Source: Chlamydiales bacterium
GTDB lineage: Bacteria; Chlamydiota; Chlamydiia; Chlamydiales; JAJFMA01
DNA: 64,000 nucleotides
Direction: 5' to 3'
Assembly (NCBI GenBank): GCA_030679955.1
Contig: JAUXSF010000019.1
Coordinates: forward strand, 35,846 to 99,845
Part shown: in pieces, positions 40,178 to 49,700 of the stretch
How positions within the stretch are numbered: the first letter of the stretch is position 1
Layout of the letters: the number at the start of each line of letters is the position of its first letter
The notes under the pieces: model-generated
The model's input: only the letters and a program-made list of their open reading frames with translations
Told to the model about the DNA's origin: nothing
The model's database searches: none
Translations under genes and position numbers: made by a program

Positions 40178-41610
40178 AACTTGATTTTTTAAAATTATCT
40201 CTTAACGAACGGCATTTGTATATTGAACAGGCTGCCAATCAAAAAAATGTATCTCCCATAATCATGGAGAAAGATTTTTGGGTGTGTTGGTTGCTAAATA
40301 TCCTGTTCGAGTCGGAGTTTGCAGGTAGTCTCGTATTTAAAGGTGGAACCTCATTGTCAAAAGTATTTGGGGCTATCTATAGATTTTCTGAGGACATAGA
40401 CCTATCACTGTCCCCTACTTTTCTTAAACTCCCTGAAGCCGCAACAACTCGTAATCAGGTCGACAAATGGATTAAGCGGGCTGAGGTGGCATGTGAAGAA
40501 GCTGTTCAAACTCAGATCATGCCTGTAATGGAAGCTTCAGTGTTGAGCGTACTGGGAAATGGGCAGCAGCGATTTGAGTTTTTGAAAGATCCTAATTCAA
40601 ATTCGCCGGTACTTCTTTTTCACTACCCATCATCTCAACCAACAGGATTTGCCTATATCAAACGGTCTGTAAAACTAGAATTTGGTTCTCTTACTGATCA
40701 GCAACCCACAGGACGTCATACGATAACGCCTTGGATTGCCGAAATTTTTCCCAAAGCATTTCTCGATTGGCGTTGTGAAGTCACGACTTTAGAGATAGAG
40801 CGAAGTTTCTGGGAAAAAGCTACGATCCTGCATGCGGAGTACCATCGACCGCTCGACAAACCAATACCAGATAGGTATTCACGCCATTACGCGGATACTT
40901 CGAAGCTTGCAAAGCACCCTGAGGCAATCCAAGCTATAAATCATCACGACCTTAGAAACCAAGTCGTTTCATGGAAGAGCCAGTTCTTTGGTAACTCATG
41001 GGCCAGTTATAACTTAGCCAAACCCGGGACCTTCCGCCTTGTTCCTCCTGCCGAAAGATTACCTGCGTTGCGACATGACTATCAGTTAATGCGAGACATG
41101 TACCTTACAGATCCTGAAAGTTTTGATGATATACTTACCACATTGTCCAATCTAGAACACCGCATCAATATAATTAGTAGTGAAGGCGAGGCCAATCAAG
41201 GAAACGTCGGATTCTCGCAAAACGATGTAGAATCTTTGCCTTCATTAGGGGAAGTTTTGACAAAGAAAAAAGGAGATGAGCTAGTTCGAGTCGTTAGGGA
41301 AATTTTAGCGGCAAACCCTAACGCTCATGATACTTCCCTAAATGAACGTCGTCCATTGCAATTGTTAATCAAAGCTAACCTTGACTCACGTAAGAAGCTT
41401 GAATTGGTAGAAAGCTTTATCGAATTAGGAGCTGATATTCACTCCGCGGACAGCAGCGGATTAACACCCTACCAGGTTGCTATTGATAAAGGGCATAAAG
41501 CAATTTCGGATCTCTTACGTTCTAAAGGCGTTCGTCCAATGTCCCCGCCAGGAACTGGATATGTTCAACACTACAATATGTACCGTGAAATTCCATTGCC
41601 GTTAAGGTAA
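40174..41610 (+). CDS. abiEii: AbiEii/AbiGii nucleotidyltransferase toxin fused to C-terminal ankyrin repeats
   Basis: EKDFWV, FKGGTSLSK, RFSEDIDL, ERSFWEK and SRHYAD motifs. The extra ~140 aa include ELGADIHSADSSGLTPYQVAIDKGHKAISDLLRSKG. Confidence 0.88.
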   Translation: MKLDFLKLSLNERHLYIEQAANQKNVSPIIMEKDFWVCWLLNILFESEFAGSLVFKGGTSLSKVFGAIYRFSEDIDLSLSPTFLKLPEAATTRNQVDKWIKRAEVACEEAVQTQIMPVMEASVLSVLGNGQQRFEFLKDPNSNSPVLLFHYPSSQPTGFAYIKRSVKLEFGSLTDQQPTGRHTITPWIAEIFPKAFLDWRCEVTTLEIERSFWEKATILHAEYHRPLDKPIPDRYSRHYADTSKLAKHPEAIQAINHHDLRNQVVSWKSQFFGNSWASYNLAKPGTFRLVPPAERLPALRHDYQLMRDMYLTDPESFDDILTTLSNLEHRINIISSEGEANQGNVGFSQNDVESLPSLGEVLTKKKGDELVRVVREILAANPNAHDTSLNERRPLQLLIKANLDSRKKLELVESFIELGADIHSADSSGLTPYQVAIDKGHKAISDLLRSKGVRPMSPPGTGYVQHYNMYREIPLPLR

Positions 41611-41682
41611 CATGCCAACCCCAATCCCGTCAACGCGAAGAAAACAGTTCACACCAACTCTACAAGTAATTTGCGAGGAAAA

Positions 41683-42555
41683 ATGAGCGAATGGTATAAA
41701 GACGACGCCCAAAAGCAGCGTCTTCTAAACCTAATCAATTCGGAAGGATATGTCCTAGAAGATAGGGTGGGAGCTTTATTATCTAGAAAGTACCCTGCTA
41801 CCTGTACAAAACAGGTTTATGAACAACCTGGCTCCGTAGATAAAGAGCGTGTAGAAATCGACGCGTGGCTAAAAAGATCAATAGCCTATTTTATTTTCGA
41901 AGTTAAAAATAGCGCTTACGACTGGGTTTTTCTTAAAGGCCCTCGTACAGATCAACATTTCCACTTTATATATTATACAAATAATGGACCATATACATTA
42001 GCTGTAATGCCAAGCAATAAGCACCCCACTAATTCTATCGTAACAGAAGCTGTTTTCGAGATTTTGGTAGATTCTAAAGGTGTATTTTTAGAAAAACAAA
42101 AGCAAAAACCCGTTCATAAAGGAAAAGAATTTCCTGAAAGACCCTCTGGCAGAGAAATTGTCCGCCCTGCTATCAAACAACTTTTAAAAAATTTAGAGAC
42201 ATTGTCATATTATGAGCTCTTTAATATACAAAAAGCTGTGAAAGATGTTCCCTACGTCGGTTTATATCCGATTTTAGTTACTAATGCTAAACTTTATGCT
42301 TTTACTTATGACGAAACCAATGTAGATGAAAAGGCAGACTTATCAAGCCTACAAGACTTATCTGAACAGCCTTGGCTGGTGTTAAATTACTCTGAGATAT
42401 TAAGATGGGACGAAAATCTCCGACAAATAATAAACCATATTGGTTTTGATTTAAATCAAGTACATGATTCAAGAGATTACATGGGATCTCATTTGAAGTC
42501 TGTTTTCGTTGTGAATCAAAATCATCTCCTAGATTTTCTCGAAGGTTGGTTATAA
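41683..42555 (+). CDS. PD-(D/E)XK restriction-endonuclease-like protein
   Basis: SEGYVLEDRV...EIDA...FEVK..DWVF arrangement. AT-rich gene with GAGG RBS before ATG 41683. Confidence 0.7.
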   Translation: MSEWYKDDAQKQRLLNLINSEGYVLEDRVGALLSRKYPATCTKQVYEQPGSVDKERVEIDAWLKRSIAYFIFEVKNSAYDWVFLKGPRTDQHFHFIYYTNNGPYTLAVMPSNKHPTNSIVTEAVFEILVDSKGVFLEKQKQKPVHKGKEFPERPSGREIVRPAIKQLLKNLETLSYYELFNIQKAVKDVPYVGLYPILVTNAKLYAFTYDETNVDEKADLSSLQDLSEQPWLVLNYSEILRWDENLRQIINHIGFDLNQVHDSRDYMGSHLKSVFVVNQNHLLDFLEGWL

Positions 42556-42631
42556 ATCATTGCTTTCAAGCAATCCTAGAGAAGAGATCAAAGGTGTATA
42601 GGTATTTTGCCAGGATGCAGCCTAACAATAA

Positions 42632-42691
42632 CAGGTCGACTCGGTGGCCTTCTGGTTCAGCCTCTCCGTGAACTGGGTGAAGAATATATTA
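42632..42691 (+). pseudogene. Remnant of a second AbiEi-type antitoxin gene
   Basis: 50/60 nt identical to 39987-40046 (GRLGGLLVQPLRELGEEYI vs GRLSGLLVQALREMGKENI). Confidence 0.75.
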
Positions 42692-42759
42692 GCGGCATAT
42701 ATGCTATAATGTCGTCGCCGAGTCGACGCTATTGGAGTATAAAGAAAAAAATCCTAAAT

Positions 42760-43746
42760 CTAAAAAGCGTGCTCGAACATGAGTACCGGGAAGAGCTTAC
42801 TGCCTTGCAGCATCTCGCGTCCGTGATTTTCGAAGAGGCGTTCATTGTACTCTTTGGCCGCCAAGCCAGCACCATTGATGCCGCCGAAGTACCAACCTGC
42901 CTCTAGGCTGGTCAGAATGATACCCATGGGGATATTTCCATTATCGAAAAAGCATACAGCAGCAGCTGTAAAAAGTGTGTTGAGCAGGAATGATGTTAGG
43001 GCAGTTTGTTTTTGCCCGACATAGAGATAACCCGCTCCTGGAAGAACAGCATTTAGAGTCTGTGCCTTCTTCACCGATTTAGCACAGCAGCAATATTCAT
43101 CAAAATAGGGGAGCATCTCTTCAGCTCTGGGGTGCTCAGAGGCATGAAAGCGAGCGCAAGAGATGTCGCCATCGATCACGCTGTGGTACAGTACCAAGTC
43201 GCTTTTGGTTTCGGGCGAGTATTTATTGATAAGTTCCAGAATGACTTCTGCTCGCTCATGGCGGCAATCTTGGCTGTAGGCATCATACAAAAGGATTAGT
43301 AGATCACCAAAGGCAGGGAAGCATGGCCCTGCAGAGACCAGTTCGCTACATTCAAATGCTTCAACAGCTTCCTGGTACTTACCGCCTATGTAGTAAGCCA
43401 AAATGATGCAGTAGTCAATCTGTAGGCGTCTTTCCACATTTTCACACGGCAGTAAAACGTTGGCGCGTTTGTAAGCGGTGATAGCGCGGTAGAGATCAAG
43501 ATCGCGGGCAAAATGGTTGCCGATGATCAGCTCTTTAGACCACTCTTCAGATTTCTCTTGGGGTGTCAATGGAGGAAAAGAGGTTGGCAAGCAAGCCACA
43601 AGCCTCTTAGGCGGGCTGAAGCAAATAGTAGGCTCCAGCTCGTAGCAATTCTTTTGGCAGCCAGTTAAGCATATGGCCACTAGTACAATGGCCCACAAAC
43701 AGCTTTTACAGCTGTTATTTAAAGCAGGACGTAGGAGCTTGGTCAT
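42760..43746 (-). CDS. TPR-containing lipoprotein with a C-terminal hydrophobic segment
   Basis: Lipobox LTGC, TPR-like DLYRAITAYKRA and LAYYIGGKYQEAV, and LPGAGYLYVGQ. The start overlaps the end of sctC. Confidence 0.8.
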   Translation of the reverse strand: MTKLLRPALNNSCKSCLWAIVLVAICLTGCQKNCYELEPTICFSPPKRLVACLPTSFPPLTPQEKSEEWSKELIIGNHFARDLDLYRAITAYKRANVLLPCENVERRLQIDYCIILAYYIGGKYQEAVEAFECSELVSAGPCFPAFGDLLILLYDAYSQDCRHERAEVILELINKYSPETKSDLVLYHSVIDGDISCARFHASEHPRAEEMLPYFDEYCCCAKSVKKAQTLNAVLPGAGYLYVGQKQTALTSFLLNTLFTAAAVCFFDNGNIPMGIILTSLEAGWYFGGINGAGLAAKEYNERLFENHGREMLQGSKLFPVLMFEHAF

Positions 43747-46700
43747 CGCGGTATCCTGGAAGCCATCCGTTACTTTCACAGCGTTCGTTGATGCGTGGAA
43801 GGTTCATGAACTCTAATCCTTCGTCAGCTTCGTACTTCCAGCGTGGTTTTGCACGGCCCTTATCTCTGTAGATATTTTGTTGTGTTTTGGTGATGTCGTC
43901 GAAGTCCCACTCTGTATCTACGATCTGAGGTCTGATGAAAATCATCAGGTTACGTTTTGCGCTAGTATTTTCCATACGGCTGCCTGCGGCGCCGATAATT
44001 GGTAGTCCACCCAGGCATGGGATCTGGCTACGTGTTTTCTTTTTCTCTTCCTTAATCATACCGCTGATGACCACGAAAAATTCGTTGGGTACGTGAACTT
44101 TAGTGATCGTTCTGCTAGTCGCGGTAGAAGGTCCGGGACTGATGTTTGCGGATCCTGTTCCACCTCCACCACCACCAGTTTGAGTCGTGATGGTAGAGCT
44201 GACTTCTTGTTCAATCTCTAGTGTGATGATGTTGTTGTTACCGATCTGTGGGCGCACGCGTAGCGTTGTGCCGACGTCACGGAATTCAAAGTTCTGGCTG
44301 ACGATGGTACCGTCATTGTTAACAACGTTCTGAGTTTGGAAGGCGATGTTCTCACCGACGAAAATTTCAGCTTCATTGTTATCTTCAACAATAATTTTTG
44401 GATTTAAGACGATTTCAGAATTGATATCTGTGTGAACCGCCTGAACCAACGCTCCCATCGTGTTAAAGAACTGGCCGCCCTTAAGAATTCTTCTGCCGAT
44501 AATGCCTAGGTTATAGCCAGGGGTACTTACGGCGGCTAGCGTTGCAGCATTTATCAAGGCTTCTGTGGCGCTGGTAGCGCCGTCAGTTGTAGATGAAGCT
44601 GATGCAAGGTCCACAGCGCCAATCAGTGGTGTAGCAGCGCCCGAAGCAGACGGCTGTCCGCCAGAGAATCCTTGCGCGGCACCCACTTGTTGGCCTTTAA
44701 AATTCGACGTAATATCAACGGCATACGTTAAAGAGTCAGTTATGGAGGTGTCGAGGATCAACATCTCAAGGAAGACCTGACGTAGTGGTAGATCTACTTC
44801 CTCGATCAATTCCCTTACACGCGCCAACGCATCGGGTGTTCCTGTAACGATGAGCGAGTTGGACGACTCGATCCATTGGATGCTATTGATCGCGTTAATT
44901 AGGTCAATACTAGCCTTTTCGCTTAAGCGTAGGCTGTCTCCAATGCGTGTTAGAGCGTCCTGGAGCTGATCCCCTTGACGATACTGTAACTTGTGTATGT
45001 AGAACTTCGTCTGTGCCAGGAACTCTTCTTGCGTCATTTCCGGTACTGGAATGATTTGTGGCAGCGTCACTTCTTTTTGGCCTGTAGGAAGTAGGTCTAC
45101 AGGACCACCTTGACGTTCGCCGCTTGCTTCTCTTTCGAGGCGAGCACGGATTTCTTCAGCTTTTTCCTGTTCTGTCTGCTCTTTGGTTTGATACTGGTCA
45201 CTTGATTTGTCTTCAGGATTGACCAGCGCTTGACCGCCTTTTGTCAGGTCCTCAAGAGTCAAAATCTTTGTTGTGCCTTCTAGCGCATCTAGGTGTTCAA
45301 AAATACCTATCGTCCGCTTAACAAGTAGTGGGCTGCTGACGACGAAGACGCTGTTTGTCGCCAAATGAGGGACGAAAACGATGTTTTGCTTCTCGGCAAA
45401 AGGACGGATAATCTCTTCAGCAAGAGGGATCAAGTTTTCGATAAAGTTGTTATGTCCCACATACTGACCAATTTCATAGGCTGTTGTAGGCATATCAAGT
45501 GCATGAATTAAGTCCGCAATTCTGTCGACGTTATCAGTAAAGTCAGTGATCAACAGGTTGTTTGTCTCGGGCAGCACCTGAATCAACGCTTGCGCAGACA
45601 TCACAGGAGTAACGATCTCTTGCATCTTCTCTGCCTGGATGCTGTCCAGTTGGAAGACACGAGTGACCAGTTGGGAGTGTGGTATTGCTTTATCACCTTC
45701 CTTGACAACCTGAACAGGGCCACGTGTACGATCACTCTTATGAATGATAATGTTGTTGCCTTGTTCGATAACTTGTAAGCCGTGGATGCGCAATTCCTGC
45801 AACAGAGCGGCCATAATGTTATCGACGGAGGTTGGCTGCTCGGAAATAACAGTGATTTTGAACTGAAGATCTTCGTCATTGAATACAAAGTTCTTATTCG
45901 TTAGTTGGCTAACGAACTTGACGTATTCAGTCATAAGGATGTCACGGTAATTGATCAGGAGGCCTTGTGGCTCTTCCTCTTCTTCAATTACAATAACCGG
46001 CTTTTCTTTTTGCTTTTGCTTTTCTTCAGCAGGCTTTTGCTTCTGGGGCTCAGGCACACCGCTTTCGAAAAGTGTTTCTTGCGCAATGGTTTTATCCAAG
46101 CCGCGACGAGGATCCAGGTCGCGTTTAATAGATGGTGCTAACCCGGGCGCTGAGCGGAATTTTTCCCATTCATCAAGAGCTGTGTCTCCGCTTTCTTCAT
46201 CGGCTTCATAGGCTTCGTCGTCTGGCTGACCAACTTGGGAGTTGGAAACATTGGACGAGGAACTTTCTGCTGCGTAGCTTGGCTCTTGTTCGCTTTCGCT
46301 TCCGCTACCGATTGCGGTCGTGCGATTTTTTTTTTGAAGGGTAACCTCTGGTTCCCTCTTGGTGTTCTCGGCGACCTCTCCAGAGGTTGTCGGGTGCACC
46401 CGACTTGGCGAGTTTTTTCTTGCCTTGTCTGGGGGTTGCATTTCTTCAAAATGATCGTCTTGTGTTGGGTCATCCCAGACGATCTCAGACGTTTCTTCTT
46501 CATCCAACCATGGCTTGTCGCCATCCCACAGCAGACCTTCGCGGCGAACGCCAAGGACGGAGTGTTTGCGGCTAAGCGGGTCAATGCCAGGTTCACCTAT
46601 TGGCAAGTCTTCATAAGCAACGACGTCTTCGTCTTCGTCATACTCAATGAAATTGCCCTGATCGTCATAAGAGCCGATAACGAAAACGCCGGTTGGCTCA

Positions 46701-49700
46701 TCGTCATAGCCTTCATAGTCGTCATTATCGTCGTAAATAGGAGCGCCGACAGAAACGAAGGAGTTTGGTTCGTAACCGATGCTGTCTTGTAAATCACCAG
46801 CATGTGCGAAGTCGATGAAGAGGGAGTCGCGACGCTGCGTAGTTTTTTGTTGTGGTTGCTTAGCCGGTCCCACCAACGATTTCATGGTTGGAGAGGAGTC
46901 AGAGTGAGGGGTCACTTCAACAGCAAAACGGTGCTTTTTATCTGCTGCGTCGGCAACAACATTCTTACTAACGCGAGATACCTTGCCAGCTTGTGAGCGT
47001 GCCTTAGAGGGTTTAGTGACGTCGACAACTTTAACAAAATTGTATTTCGATTTGCCAGCGCGTAGGTCAGCGCGGCCAAATGCTGTTGAAATACCTTCTG
47101 GTTCAGTGCTGGTCAATGTAACAGAGGTGTCGACTCTAGCTTGTGGTGTTTCACGACGATAATCTCCACCTTTAATGCTTGGAGCAAGGGCGACAAGCGT
47201 GCCATCACCTTTGCGACCAACATATTCGCGGATGCCTACCTGCTCTTTTCCATGCAGGTTGACGCGCATATTCTCAGCAGCTACATCCGTAGAAGTACCT
47301 GGAAGCTGCGTAACGCGTCCGCTTACCTGCAGGTGATCTTTGTTTGTAGACAGAGAGGAGGTTGGGCCTTCACCAATGTAGTAGTAGTAGCCGCCTTGTA
47401 ATTCGCGAACCTGTGGCTGTTCGTCATTAGCGCCCTTGCGCACTCCGGTGCGACCGGAAGCAATATCTAAACCACCAGGAACTTTACCTTCTGCGGTAAC
47501 ATGCTGTGAGCCTGGACCGGGGGAGGCACTCCACATTTCTTGTGGTCTGCGCGCAACTTTAACATTGACGCTTTCCAGGCCTTTTGGATCTACACAAGCA
47601 GTTAGCTGCTTAATCTGTGTCGTGTCGAAGCATTGTTTTTGCGTTTCGCCAACTACATTACATTGTGGGTAAGTGGTGCGCTCAGAGCACACGGGATAGC
47701 ATACAGCCTGGCCACCAGCTTGCGAAGACATCGGTTTGCACAACGGTTCAGCAGAATCCCCTAAGGGCTGTGTAGCTAGTCTTAATGCTTTGGTCGTATC
47801 GTCGATGTAGTCTGCTGCTTCTCGCTCTTCTAGCGCAATATCTTGCCCTGGATTGGTCTGAAAGTCGGTTTTCGCAGCAATGAAAGTACTTTGATTGCTC
47901 AGGCCAGGCGTGTCTAGACCCATTGCCTCAGCTTGCTCTTGGCCTATCAAACGCGCTGGAGGAGCTTTAGGTTCGTAGGTAGCTCGTAAGGTTTTACTAT
48001 CGCTAGCATTGGCAATAACCACACTGTCGGTTCCTAGGCCCGCCGGCTCTAACTGAACAGGTTGTTTGTCGGCAATGAAGGAAAGATTGCTGCCCAAGGA
48101 TGGTGCCTCGGCATTCTCTATAGCAAACGATTGACTTCCGCCCAACCCACTTACTACTTCAGGTGCAGGCATTTGGTTTAATGCTTGCTGCTGTAATTTA
48201 GTGAGGATTGAAGCATCAAGAGCTGGTGCAGCTGCTTTTTCTTTAGGTAGCTCAGATGCAGCGATAAATGACTCTTTCACCACACTGGCTGTTTTTGGCA
48301 AGGGTGCAGCCGCGATAAGTTGCTCTTTTGCCAAGACGGTTGTTTTTGGCAATGGGGCAGTTGCTGTAAGCGGCTCTTTTACCAAGATGTCTGATTTTGG
48401 CAAGGGTGCAGCCGCGACAAATTGCTCTTTTGCCAAGACGGTTGTTTTTGGCAATGGGGCAGTTGCTGTAAGCGGCTCTTTTACCAAAATGTCTGTTTTT
48501 GGCAATGGGGCAGTCGAGATAAGTTGCTCTTTTACCAAGACGGCTGCTTTTGGCAATGGGGCAGTTGCTGTAAGCGGCTCTTTTACCAAAATGTCTGTTT
48601 TTGGCAATGGGGCAGTCGCCGTAAGCGGCTCTTTTACCAGGACGTCTGTTTTTGGCAATGGGGCTGCCGAGATAAGTTGCTCTTTTGCCAAGACGGCTGC
48701 TTTTGGCATCGGCGCTGCGGACATAAGTGGCTCTTGTACCAACACAGCCGTTTTTGGCAATGGCGCTGCTGCGATGAACGACTCTTTCACCATCGCGACA
48801 TGCGGAGCCATCTCGGTATGCTTCTGGCTTAGAGTAGCCACTCGAGTAGTAGCTGGTGGTTTAGTGGCTGGTGGTTCCTGTGCAACGGCGAAAGCATCAG
48901 TAGTAGCGGATGCCAGGATCTGTGCGTAATTTGGCTTTTCGATCAGTGCTGTTCGTTCCGGTTTACCCGAACCATTTGCGACCAAACCTTGGAAGCGCTC
49001 CACAGGACTTCTGGTAGAAACCTCAGGGGAAAGAGTGCTGTTCTGCTCTGTTCTCAGGTTGTAAGGATCGGTGCTTACAGGTGCGTTAATCTCGTCCTTG
49101 CGCATTGTGTTAAGTAAGGCAGCAAAAACTTCGTCATTATGCAGCGTAACACCAGGGAACTCTTTGGCGACAACTTCAGGCTCAATGCCGGGGAAAGTGA
49201 TGGTCGTTTCTTCAGCAACGCGTGCTTTAGCGACTACTTCAGGTTCTATCCCTGGAAAAGTTAAGGTCATTATGGCAGGTGCTAGTGTCTTGGCGGTTGA
49301 AACAACCTCTGTGCCCATTTCATAGGCAGGCTGTCGTGTTTCAACCAAATTATCCAGCACGCTCCAGAAGTCTGGGGCTTGTTGTTTTTTTGCTTCGGTA
49401 GGCTGCGCTTTTGTACCCGCTATTGTTTCTACCAATTGCTTGGGAACGTGTGGCGTTGGAGGCGTTAGCTTTTCTACCTTGTTCCAGATCTTTGGATCAG
49501 GAGCACTCTGCGCGATGCCTTGGGGGTTTCTGACGTTACTGCAGCGATCACGAGCTATAGCTAAAAAAGACCTAGAAGCTGAATCGAGTACGCCAACAGC
49601 GTCGATATCTACCGTCACAGCGCCAATAGTGTCTTTTTCACAGTACACGCTAGGATCGGTAGGAGATAGCTGCTCACCCGCAAAGGTGTTGGTATGATCA

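Noticed and set aside
37147-42581. GCxATCCTAGAG at both islet ends as att sites or target duplication
   Set aside because: Only 11/12 bp match, the antitoxin remnant lies outside it, and no integrase or tRNA is present. Chance is plausible.
42607-42906. 99-aa ORF as a real gene
   Set aside because: It is a chimera of the antitoxin remnant and sequence antisense to the TPR gene, with a TTG start and no clear RBS.
48201-48929. Plus-strand 242-aa and 136-aa repetitive ORFs; possible CRISPR-like array
   Set aside because: They are antisense shadows of the 51-bp coding repeat in sctC. The units are contiguous, with no unique spacers and no cas genes.
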